39,949 nucleotides of DNA from Octopus bimaculoides. Its lineage: Eukaryota. The notes beneath the pieces were generated by a model. That model had not been told where the DNA came from. It searched no databases and worked only from the letters and a program-made list of their open reading frames with translations. Shown piece by piece: positions 1 to 12,700 of the stretch; the stretch's first letter is position 1, and each line of letters opens with the position of its first letter. The translations under genes and the position numbers were made by a program. The DNA is taken from assembly GCF_001194135.2 (NCBI RefSeq), contig NC_068982.1, positions 76,922,587 to 76,962,535 on the forward strand, given 5' to 3'.

Positions 1-165
1 AATTTTTGGAAATAAGGCTCTAAATAGAGCTATTTCCGATTTGAAAAAATATATGTTCACGAAGTATTTTGTGTTATACACAACTTATACAAAATTTAAA
101 AACAAAATAGGTCTTTTAAGAGGTGGAAAATGCAACTTACATGGGAGCCGATGTGTCTACCGTCC

Positions 166-166
166 G

Positions 167-201
<35 letters not shown>

Positions 202-242
202 GTAGGTAGGTAGGTAGGTAAGTAGGTAGGTAGGTAGGTAGG

Positions 243-278
<36 letters not shown>

Positions 279-295
279 CAGTTCGATAGATAGAT
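166..295. repeat. Compound (TAGA)n(TAGG)n(TAGA)n microsatellite
   Basis: Directly visible tetranucleotide arrays. Confidence 0.97.
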
Positions 296-298
296 GCT

Positions 299-463
299 TA
301 GGCGTGGCTGTGTGGTAAGAACTTTGCTCCTCAACCACATGGTTCCGGGTTCAGTCCAGGAATCATGTGGTTGGGTGCATGGCACCTTGTCTACGACTTC
401 AGCCATAGGCCGTCAAAAGCCTCGTGAGTGGGTTTGGTAGACGAAAACTATAAGAAAACCGTC
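299..463 (+). mobile_element. tRNA-derived octopus-type SINE (5' part)
   Basis: GGCGTGGCTGTGTGGTAAGAA...GGGTTCAGTCC head and GTGAGTGGxTTTGGTAGACGxAAACT body, shared by many copies in the window. Confidence 0.75.
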
Positions 464-750
464 GCGCGCGCGTGTGAGGTGTTTCCTTCTCTGTTATCTC
501 CACTTTATCCTCTTCATCGATACTTATCTCCCTTAAACATATCTAAGGTTCCACTAAAAGTTCATGTGCACACCTTCGCGCCCTCATATCAAACTGTTTT
601 AACTTTCTGTTTAACAGAATAACCTGCATACAGATTGTTTTAAGTACACAAATATATATTTGCTATCAGTAACTGAGTTTATATACAATATTCTGCTGTT
701 ACGTTGTGACTTCGGTGAAAATTTAACAGAAGAAAGAATATAAATAAACG

Positions 751-757
751 ATGTCAG
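751..757 (+). CDS. Dehydratase exon 1 (putative micro-coding exon ATG TCA G)
   Basis: ATGTCAG|gtagaa. Phase 1 fits the AG at the start of exon 2 (giving M-S-E). Exon 2's frame has a TGA at 3139 and no ATG, so an upstream exon is required. Confidence 0.5.
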
Positions 758-3700
758 GTAGAAAATATTTTTATTTCACACAAAATGATTTATTATTATT
801 TTATAAAGTCCAAAATCGGTGGGATTCCTTGGTTGTTCCAGAGTGGTACTCCCCTCTTATTTGGGAATTTTGTTGTTATTGTTTTTGTGTACACTGTCTT
901 ATGTGAATCTTCGTTCTTGTTTGTCTTTGTATTGTCCTAAATGGTTTTTGGGCCGTGTGGGTATTATGAATAAATTACTATAAAGAAACCATTATTTTTA
1001 TTGTTTTAGCACGCCGGGCAATACGATAAACGTCATTTTTTTCTGAGATTACGTTCTTTGTTCGAATTCCGACGTTTTCATTTTACCTTTCATCCTCTCA
1101 AAGTCAATAGAATAAGTTACCAGTTGAGTACTGGAGCCGATGTTATCGATTTGTCCCTCCCCTAAATAGTTGATGGCCTTGAACCTATAGTAAATAAAAT
1201 TATTCTTGTTGTTGTTATTGGAGATGTTTATTTTCAAGCGATTAAATTAATGACTGCGTTTATTAATTCATTGATTAATTAATTATTATTAATTACATCA
1301 TTAAATGTTATTTTCTTGCTTCGTTTTGCATGCATGTTGTCTGTAGGATCATCTCCTCACAAATTCAGTTATATCCGCAGATATAACAAATTTACATTGA
1401 AGAAATGTCAAAAACAAGTTTTAAAAAGTGTTAATTAGCCTCAAATTTGTCCTCATCTAACAGACCCTTGGTTAAAATCGTACCTGTCGTAACTCTCGCA
1501 CCCTTCTTTATTTTTTTTTTTGTAAACATTGTACATCGAAGATTATATGATCCAATGTGATTTGAGGGAGATTTAGTTGCCATATCTAGAAGGTTGAGTC
1601 ACAATATATAGACTCCCTCGTTGTCGTTTTTCAATCCCAAGTTAGCCCTGGTCAAGCAGGCAATTCTGGCGATGATCACTTCGTGTTTTAGTATTTAGTT
1701 TTTTTGTTTTTGTTTTTTCATACAACGTATCGTAGATTACAATGTGCAACATGTGTGTGTGTTCTTTTAGAACAGTATAGTGTTATTTAAGCGAGATTTT
1801 GCCACTGTTTCTAGCATGTCTAGTGACCAGGTTTAGAATCCTTCAAAGTTCTAGGGTAAAGGTGAATTTTTAAAATGTTAAAATGGTTGTTTTTCACTTT
1901 TACTTGGTGACTAGACCGGATGAATAAAAAATATTTTTAAATGGCTGTTTTTCACTTTTACTTGATGTAGACCAGTGTAGGAAGCAATAAGAATTTTGGA
2001 ACATACTACTGCGATATTAAGTGGTTGATACTTTCTTCCTCCCTTGAGGGAACATTATCACACGCACACATGCGCGAGTGTTCAACAGAGTTGTTCCCCT
2101 TAATTCTGTTGCACTGCTCTGACGCGCGCGCGCGCGTGTTTGTGTGTGTCTTTTCAATATTGGAAGAAATGGTTAAATTTACCCTGTTTATATATCAACT
2201 TCATAGGCTACGTATGTATGTACACGCACACACATACACATATTGTAGGAAATATGATGTTGAACGACATAAGATAATATATACATACAGTTTGTGCTCA
2301 GGCCAAACTTGTGCCTAAATGAAGATTAACAATGTATCGATCAAGCTGATATGTATAATAGAAGGTATTGATAGACAGGCAAGCAATGGGTATCGAGTAG
2401 ATTATGACATATTTATACAACAGGGAAACAAATGCATAATTGAGTATAAATAGCAGGAGGTTAGTAAAAGTTCCACTCTGGGAAGTTCTTGATAGTTACA
2501 ATGTAAACAGGTAAACTCCAGGAAGAGGCAGAAAGTAAGTCCATTGTGTTGATATGACATTGGTTGGTAGAAAGCTATCACAGGTAAAACTATGGAACTG
2601 AAAGCAAAAAAAAGGTGTGTAGATTGTCCCCTTAGCTTCATTGAGTTTCAATCCATTGACCCTCTGAAGATGAAATAGGCTGACACAGAAATCAGCTAGC
2701 ATACAGAGAGCTGCACTAGTTGTGCAGCTATTCTTAAAACAGCTGTAAGGATTAATATGTGACTGTACTTTCAAAACAACCTCCTCCTCTACTATTTAGG
2801 TCACTTTGGTAACAGAAACTATCTACTACTTCCAAGGATCTTCCTTTGCATTCAAGGAAATCTATTTCCTGTGTTCTTAAACTTCATTGCTCTTTCACAT
2901 CTGTCACACACAAAGTCCACTTTCCATATAAATCTTCCTGTGTTTCCACTGCACCCCTTATTTATTCACAATTTGCATTTATTACACCATATAGAATTTC
3001 TACCTACACCTTTTCTACATATTGGACAGGACTATTTATAATTCCTATTTGGGAACTGTTTTATTAATTCTGTTGAAAACATGGCAATCATGAATTTCCA
3101 TTTTCCCCCCCATGCTTTTCTATGTCTTCTAGAATTTATGAATTGTCAATAAATATTATCTTTCAGAGAATTCAAACCTAAAGAAAGTTCAACTGGTTTC
3201 ATTAAAACAAATTTATAAAGCAAAGAAACAAATAAAGAATTATGTTAGAGTCACACCATTGGAATATTCTCCATTCTTGTCTAAAATGGCAGAAGGTTCT
3301 CATGTATATATAAAATGTGGTAAGTATATTATAATTTTATCTCACTCTTCTATAGTTTGTAATCTAATGTATATATAGTAATTAATATTTAATTAAATTT
3401 AATTAAACTTAATTAAATCCCACTGGAATTGACTTTACCTTTCATCCTTTTGGGGTCAATAAAATAAGCACCAGTTGAGCACTATGGTCAATGTAATTGA
3501 CTTACGTTCTCACTTGGAAGTGCTGGCCTTGTGCCAAAATTTGAAACCAATATTTAATTAAATCTAGGAGCCAGATTTGGCTGAAGCAGGTGATAGCAAA
3601 TTTAACCCTTTTTTTTTTACCATATTTCTGTTAAAATGCACTGCTTTTGTTTCAATTAATTTTGAAAATAATAAAGAATTTAATAAAAGTAATTTTGTCA

Positions 3701-6700
3701 TTAATATTAAGCTGGTGTTAGGAACAGAAATTAACTTGAAATTTTGAAGGATGGTTTTAATTTAGATCATTTTAGAAGCAGAAAGTCTGTCATAGAACCT
3801 GAGGTGTTCATAGACAGATTGGTATCAAAAAGGTAAAATGCATTAAAGTATTTATTTCAAATTCACTTTATTCCTTAATCAAGCTCAACTTATTCTTTTA
3901 CTCCTTAATCAGAAAACCAAGCTGCCTCATGCATACATGATGCCAAAATCCACTCACTGGGTGAGAGATTCTTACACATGGCCATCAGTATATGGAAACA
4001 AAACTCCAAAAGCTATAATTGGTATCGCCTTGGGCAATGGAATATCAGCCATCAGAAATCAAATACACAAACACCTGTTTCATTTTCCTTCAAAAATGTA
4101 TTAAATTTAACAGCTGTTAGACCTCTCTTTGAGATAAAATATCTAAGACTATTGTTCTCACGTTGTACCTGAAGGAACCCATTTTATATATATGTGTGTG
4201 TACATGTGTTTGTACGTGTGTGTGTGCATGTGTTTGCACATGTGTGTGTGCATGTGTTTGCACGTGTGTGTGTGTATGTGTTTGCACGTGTGTGTGTGCA
4301 TGTGTTTCTTTGTGTTTGTCCCCTATCACTGCTTGACAACCGGTGTTGGTGTGTTTGTGTCCCCATAACTTAGTGGTTCAGCAAAAGAGACCAATAAATT
4401 AAGAACTAAGCTTAAAAAATGTCCTGGGATCAATTTCTTTGACTAAAACCCTTCAATGTGGTGCTCCAGCATGGCTGCAGTCAAATGACTGGAACAAGTT
4501 AAAGAATAAAAGAATAGCACTAAGCCAACATCATATTCTTTGAACATTTTTTCACTTCAAGTCATACCTAAAAACACCTGACTTTGATTTCTCTTCTAGA
4601 AAACTTGCAGCGTACAGGGTCTTTCAAAGTACGTGGGGCCTTTAACAAACTATGCTTGCTTAAAGAATCTAATCCTGATATTTACAAAATAGGAGCTGTG
4701 GCAGCATCAACTGGTAACCATGCTATGGCTTGTGTAAGTAGTTTTAACATCTTATAAAAGTTCCTTTCTTTTATCATATCAAATTCAACAACAGAAAAAC
4801 ATAGGATTTAGACTATGTATGTGGTAGATTAAACCAAATTAGGCTTTATTGAAAATATTTTAATTGGGAGTATGAAGGGATTATTGATTTCCAATAAGTG
4901 TTCAATCAATAACTTCTGGAATATACATTGACAATCACCCTGAATTGCAAACAGTCAAAGATAGCCAAGAGATTTGATAATATAGTCTAAGGAGAATAAA
5001 GGTTTCCCATCCCTTTCTTCAGGCTATTCTATAGGAGGTGCTAGAGACATACTTTGAATAAATAACCAATAAGGACTTGAACCTGTATCTTAAAATTTAT
5101 ACATTACAAAGCAATATCAGTTTGAAACAGTTTGAGTTTCCACCAGAAAAGCAAATGACAAAAACAATTCCCCCCCTCCATACAACATCACAATAGAACT
5201 TGTAAAAAAAATTTTTTATTCTTTAAGGTTTTCATCATATCTGATTGCTAATATATTTTATTGTTTTAAAACGTATTGAATTCTGAATCATGTATTATTG
5301 TTATGAAATTCATGAAACATTGGAACTTTTATCATTTCCTATAACTATAAAATTTATTGAATATTTGAATTAGCATGAACATTTGATTGTTTTAGCATGT
5401 TTTACCGCTATGGAATTTTCTTCTATGTATTCACTTTCTTTTAAAATTTTATCTTTTATTTACACTAGAAAAACAAAAAATATTGTTGAAACTAGATTGG
5501 TACTTTAATGAATTTGTAAAAAAATTTTTTAATTTTATTTGTTTTAAGATTCAGATGCATTTTTGACCCCAAAACCAATTCTCCTAAATTCTTTCTTGCA
5601 AGAAGTAAACCTCTTTTTTTTTATTTTATATTTATATGAATGTGTGTACTGCTACTATTCTTTTCTCTAATTTCAATCCTACCAGACAGAAGCTATGAAC
5701 CAACTTGGAATTCCTGTTCATGTATTTGTCCCAGAAACAATTTCCCCTTCAAAACATGAGCGCTTAATTGCAAACAAAGCTTCACTCACTGTTTTTGGAG
5801 AAGATTGCATGTATGCAGAGAATGCTGCTCGCAAGTACTCAGAAGTAAGTTGAAATCAGCCATTGATTTTTGTTTATATCTTTTTTATCTTCTGGAAGAA
5901 ACTACATATCGTAAATATTGTTGCAAATATGAAGAACCTTACTTCAATAAGAAATGAAACAGGAAATTAAACATCATCACCTTTATCATGATCATCGACA
6001 TCAACGTTCGACATTGATATTTCATAAGTTGGTCAGTTTGACAGAATCCAATAGTTCCAAGGACTGCATTAAGCTCCACTCTCTAGTTTGGCATAGTTTC
6101 TACTGTTGTATGCCCTTCCTAACACCAACCGCTTTACAGTATATACTGGGTACTTTTTTGATACCACCAGCACTCATGAAGTTGCCATGCAGCCAACAAG
6201 ACTACAAACCCCTAGGGGGGACAGCTTTATGCTAGAAGATGAGGGGTTATAAGACAAGAGAATGAGCCAAAGCAGAACAGATTTCTTGTTGTAGAAGAAC
6301 TATGTGACTACTCACATTTTAGAAGAGAGGGTGAGCGATTGGATGGAGGTGAAAAAGATAAATATTGTCACAATTATGAAGAACCTTACTTCAAGAACTG
6401 AACCATAGGAAATCAAGCAAACAAGGAATCCTCTATATCAGTGAAACTTGACACAGGTGGATGCCTTCCTAACACCAAATGATAATGAAAATGATGAAGA
6501 CAACCAAAGAGAAATGGCTTATGACAATGACTATGTAGCAGAGACACTAACATTGTTTTTTGTTCATTGCAGGAAAAGGGAATCCCATTTATTTCCCCTT
6601 ATAATGATATTGATGTCATTGCTGGCCAAGGAACAATAGGGTTTGTACAACATTCATCCTTTCTTAAATTCTGTTTGGTTGTATTTATAAAATGTCTTTT

Positions 6701-9700
6701 GTTAATTTCCAGTCTTCCATGAAAAATATGTCTGATCATAGGGAGATATTACTGTGATTGGAAACAGGTGAGGGCTGGTGACAGGAGGGGTATCTGGACA
6801 TAGAAAATCTGTCTCAGTAAATTCTGTCTGACCCACGCTAGCATAGAAAGGTGGCTGTGAAAATGACAACTATGATGATGATGATATATATATATATATG
6901 CACACATACACACTCACACACATAATAGGAATCTTTTAGCTTTTGCCTACCAAATTCATCCATAATGCTTTGGTTGATCCACAGCTATACCAGAAGACAC
7001 TGCCCAAGGTGCTGCACAATAGAACCCAAGACCACACGGTTGGAAAGCAAGCTTCTCAACCACATAACCACACCTCCACCTATAGTCATCCTTGTCATAT
7101 TTATTTTTCTGCCATTTTAATTCTTATTAGCAAGTTTCCAGTGATGCTTTACTTTTACACAGCACTGCCCTTTTTTTTTTTTGCTGTTTCACCCACTGGA
7201 TTCTAGTTCCCCACTTGGGCCCCTGTGTTTACTGTCCACAGGTACCATTTCCCTGCCATATAATTCCACACACTCACTACCATGCTGTAACCACTACACT
7301 TTCATCCTCTGGTGCTCTGAAATAACAAATTGAGTGCCTGTGCTCAAACTCACTCAGTACATGTACCCATCATCTCTGCTATGTCCCCCTCCGACAACTT
7401 TATTCTAAACCCCTCCTCAATTCTTCTTGCACTGATACAAACTTTTGGTCAATTCTTTTTACTCATATTTTTCCCTATTAACACCAATCTTCAACAATTC
7501 AAACTGAACATGAATTATATCAAGCCTGTTAGTCTAACAAAGCCTACAAGAGTCATGGATAATTTAACAAGGGTTATGGTCAGTGATGCCACTGATGGGT
7601 TTTTCCACCTATATCTGAGTTTTTGGAGTGATGATGGGTTTATGGGCTTTAATTTCCAAATTTACATTAATTCTGGGGTTTTAAGTTAGTTTTGGCTGCA
7701 AACTTATCTTTTAAAGAGAATTCAGTGTCATACACTTTGTATGCCATATGTACCTAAGTTGCACCTCTTCTAATACTTTGTAAACTTTCTATATATTATC
7801 CATAATCATCTCACGTAAGGAATTTATTGATACAAATATTGTATGTGACGTTATTACTAATCATATGCATTATTTGTTTATGCTTGTATCATACCGGGCA
7901 ACTACAAGTTACAAAGCGTTGATGGCCGCTTGTACACTTGTCTGAAACTCTTACACCACCAGCTGACAGCTTGACTGTGTTGATGGTGTACACTTCAATT
8001 GTTACTCATAATTTAAAATTTGTTTAACATTTTGAGAGAGTGTTTTTATTTTGTAACCCTTTGCGAAGTAATGGCCAACAATAGTGTGTCCAAAAAGAGG
8101 AAGTGATACACCCAAAATTTCAAGAAGCCGTGCTTGGAGGATGCTGAGCTTAAGGATTGGTTACAGCAAGATGATAGAAATCCTGACACCTGCTGCTGCG
8201 TTTGTTGCAATGTTGTGTTGAAAAATGCTAACAAATCAATGCTGTTAGCTCGTAAAAACACTGCCAAACACAAGAAAGCTTGTATGAAATCTGCTATTAA
8301 ATTAGATTCATTTATTGTTAAAAAAAAACGAGACATTAAATGAAAAAGTAGCTAAGTCAGATATGCTACTAACAGGTTATGTGGCTGAACATCACATACC
8401 TTTCATCCATATAAATCACTTAGCTGAAATTTGTAAAAAGGCCTTTCCCGATAGTGAAATAGCTAAAAATCTACAAATGAAAAAAAAAAACATACATTAT
8501 GCAAGACAGAAATGCACATTATGAACAAAATGAAATCTTGGAAATTTTCAAGAAACAAGTTTTCATTATTGATAGATGAGAGTATGGACATCTCAGTGAC
8601 ACAAATCTTAGCAATAGTTGTTCACTTTTTTGATGCACAATCACTTAATGGCAAGGATACTCTTCTGGATGCAATTGTAGTAGAAAATGGTTCATCTCAG
8701 AGTTTGTACGATGCTGTCAAGTCTTTGCTTACAAAAGAAGATGTATCTATGAGCAACATACTTGGATTTGCCAGCGATAATTGCTCGACAGTGATGGGTA
8801 ACAAGAGCAGGTTTCAAAAGTTATTGAGAAATGATATTCTGACTATTTACAATAGGCTGTGTTTGCCATTCGTTTGCACTTTGTTCAAGTCATGCAGTGA
8901 AGGTGTTACCTTCATATCTTGAGTTCTTTTTAAAGGGCTTAACTTTTTACTTTTCTCGAAGTAGCAAACGTCAAAAATGACTTCAATATGATACAAAGTG
9001 TTGGCACAAAATAAAAAAAGATTCCAAAGCTTTTGCAAACTAGATGGTTGTTGTGTGAAAATATAATTAACGTTATAATAGAACAGTGGGATGCCCATGT
9101 ACTTTATTTTCAGTCAGAGGCTAAAGTAGAAAAAGTGGACGGAGCAAAAAGGATCTATGAAACAATGATTAACAAAGGGATGAAGTACATGCTGCTCTTC
9201 TTACATTATATATTAAAGAAAATAAATGCTCTTAATGTTGAGTTTCAATCGGAACACTTTTGACTGCATCTGTTGCATATACTTGTATCCAGTGAATATA
9301 AAATATCCTTAGTTACTTTATAAAAGAGATTGTTTTAGCTGTATCTAAATTATCAGATATTAATCTTAATAACACAACAAATCACGAAGATAGGAGTGAT
9401 ACTTACCTTGGTGGACGTGCAATAAGATATCTAGAACAAAACCACACCATTGGTGACTCAGCTAGATTCAAAACTGATTACAAAAATTTTTTAATAGAAT
9501 TATGCTCTTAAATAAAAATGCGCTTTCCTCTCGATGAAGCTGGAGTGTTTGCTCTCTTAGAAATACTTGATCCAAAAGTAACACGCAATCTCACTAACTC
9601 TCTTCATTCGATAATTCCCTTGGCATCAAACTTTCCAGCAACTGCACTAGAAAACACACTTGATGAACTAGATGATGAGTACAGATTATTTTGGCAATAT

Positions 9701-12700
9701 AAAGATATTCCTGTTTCCTCAAAAAGCATCCCTGAATTCTGGTATTCCATACACAATCTTAAAGACGGGCTTGACCACACTAAATTTGAGAGGCTGTCAC
9801 AATTCATGACTAATTTGATGGTGTTACCTCATTCATCAGTGTGTGTGGAGTGCATATTTTCCCAAGTAAATTGCACAAAGACAAAGTTCACTAATAAACC
9901 TAGTAATAAGGCCAAAATGATCAACGATCGTCTACTCGCTAAACAAGTAATTACAAGAAAGGGAGTGCCATGCATTTCTTGGGAGCCAAATGCTAAACTT
10001 ATTAAAGATGTAGTGGATGGGTAGATTTACGAGTAGATTGAACTTCAAAAGGGAAGAAAATGAGTCTATCACCATTGAAGGAGTGAATGAAGGTGAAGTG
10101 GGTATGTACGAAATTGACAATTAGCTGCCATATAATATAAAGTATTAAATTCTGTATTCATTTTAACATATAATATATTTTTTCATTAAATTACCAATTA
10201 TATACCTGTTTTCTAATATCTGGGTTTATAAAATAGGATCTGGGTTTTTTTGCAACAAATAATCTGGGTGTTTTATTATTTGATGAGTGGCAATCCTGGA
10301 CATAGGTAATTCAGTTAGCTCTTAATTCTTAAATAAACAAAAAGACAGAATTTTAGGTGGAAGAGTTAGTCAATTATATTAACCCCAGTGTTTGATGGTA
10401 TTTCATTTTATCAATGCCAGTAGGATGAAAAGCAAAATAGACATATCCGGGATTTTGACTCAGAATGTGAAAAATCAGAATAAATAGACACAGGTATGGC
10501 CATGTAGTAAGAAGTTTGATTCCCAACCACATGGTTCCTGGTTCAGTCCCACTGCATGGTACCTTGGGTGAGTGTCTTCTACTATAGCCTCAGGCCAACC
10601 AAAACCTTGTGAGTGGATTTGGTAGATGGAAACTGAAAGAAGTCCATCATATATATGTGTATGTGTGTGTATCTTTGTGTTTATTTTCTTCATCCCATCC
10701 CCACCACTTCACAACCAGTTTTAGTGTGTTTATGTCATCATAAAAGTACTGGATCAATTCATCCAATTAAAATTCTTAAAGACAGTACCCCCAGCATGGC
10801 CACAGTCCAATGACTGAAACAAGTAAAAGATAAATGCCATGAATCATTTTGTCCAATGCTCTAATGGTTCTACCTCCCTTCTTTGGAATAAATAATCAAA
10901 AACAAATTAGTGAATATACCAATTCTGGCTATAATCCTACACTGACTCCATGAACTGGAGTTTATTTCATTAACAATATCACTCCCTTGTGAAGGCACAT
11001 TGCTCTGTGATTAAAAGTTAGCAGGTTTGATTCTTGAACCAGCAGTGCTTTTTGTCCTTAGGAAAGGTCCTTTATTTCATGTTACTCCAGTACACTCATC
11101 TCAAAATAAGTACCAGTAATACTTGTGGGATTAACTCCATGACTAGCTGGCATCCTGGCTGGTAAGTCAGCCTTGAAAACGCCTTAAAAATCCAGGGTGC
11201 TGGCATGGATATATGGTTAAGAAGCTCATTTTTCAACCACATTGTTTCAGGTTCAGTTCCACTGTGTAGTAACATGGGTAAGTACCTCAGGTCAACTAAT
11301 GTTGTGTGAAATGAATTTGATAGGGGAAAACTGAAAGAAGACCATCATGTATATATACTTTGAATTTAACCAATTTTGGATTGCCTTGATAATGTTGAGT
11401 TAGCATATATTGTCAGATATATAAATTTGACTTGTATTTTATATCTTTTTCTTTATCAAAACATGCTGGCGCTATAGAAACAATCATTGATAATGTATGG
11501 TGTAGTCACCAATTATACATGTGATTTTTTCCATTCTTATTCTTATTGTCTTATACCCAGAATTTCTTGAAATTCTAAGCTATATTTGGATTTACTTGTC
11601 ATACAGGAAGAATTACTATGGATGTTATTAGTTCTACTTGCATTTATTGTTATCTGATTGTTGGATATAGTTAACTAAATTTGTTTACACTTTATAGACA
11701 TCTGCCTGGATTTATTAATCCATTTTACCTATTATTAAACACATACATACATGCACGCGCATGTACGCACACACACACATACACACACACAGAATATATA
11801 TTTATGTTTGTTCCCCTACCATCACTTGACAACTAGTGTTGGTTTGTTTACATCCCCATAACTTAGCATTTCAACAAAAGGGACAAATAGAATAAGTACC
11901 AGACTTAAAAAATAAGTACTGGGGCCAATTTATTCAGCTAAACTATTCAAGGTGGTGCTCCAGCATAGTCGCAGTTCAATGGCTGAAAGAAATAAACAGT
12001 AAAAGGTAAAAAAGTACGGTCCAACTTTAATGTTGGCTTCAGCCAATGCAAAAGATGTATCAATAAATTAATTGAACCCTTTAGCATTCAGATTACTCTG
12101 TCAAATTTACTGCTTATTTATTCACATTGTTTTAAATTAATCATGCATTATCTTGTAGGTAAAAGATTTTCATGGTGTGATTGCTTATTTTTAGGACATT
12201 GTTGGATGGGTATGAGAGGCCAGATCTGGTCAGTTTTAATAAAAAACTGGTAGAATATTTCAGCTGGATATGGCCAATTTGAATACTGAATTTGTGACAT
12301 GAATGACAAACTGATGAAAATGGAACCTCAGAATGATGCTATAATTCTGGAAGAAAATGGATTGTATGGCATGTTTAATTCAGTGTGTAGGTGGTGAGTT
12401 AAAAGGGTATGGTGAAAGCATAAAAACTGAGTATATTGAATGAATTTAGATGGTTTACAATCAATAAGTTCAGAAGGGCAGAGGATGTAGCATCTGTTGA
12501 GAGTTGACTATTATTTGGTAGTTTTTATTTATTGATTCACTTTTTTAGACTTGAAATATTTGAAGAACAACCTGACATTGAAAATGTCTTTGTACCTGTT
12601 GGAGGTGGTGGCCTTATTGCTGGCATTGCTGCATATCTAAAGCAAGTAAATCCAGATATAAAAGTAAGTAGATCTACTTCCTTTCTTTCTTATGTTTTTT

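Noticed and set aside
96-406. ORFs with IYLS/TYLP repeats; also the [11 protein letters not shown] at 4117-4329
   Set aside because: They are translations of microsatellites and minisatellites.
1881-1975. 58-bp-period local duplication (AAATGGxTGTTTTTCACTTTTACTTG)
   Set aside because: Two copies in an intron with no further structure; ordinary slippage duplication.
2445-2540. TATAAATA at 2445 followed by a GTAAGT donor at 2535 as an alternative first exon
   Set aside because: No in-frame ATG with a compatible phase; such motifs are frequent in AT-rich DNA.
2500-2760. Possible decayed C-terminus of a restriction-endonuclease-type LINE (KLWN..K.V.IVPL...IQRAAL)
   Set aside because: Many stops and only weak motif similarity; cannot be supported without a search.
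6573-6640. Calling the PLP enzyme an aspartate racemase because cephalopods are rich in D-Asp
   Set aside because: It lacks the serine-rich loop (has SPYND) and has Thr, not Ser, at the racemase base position.
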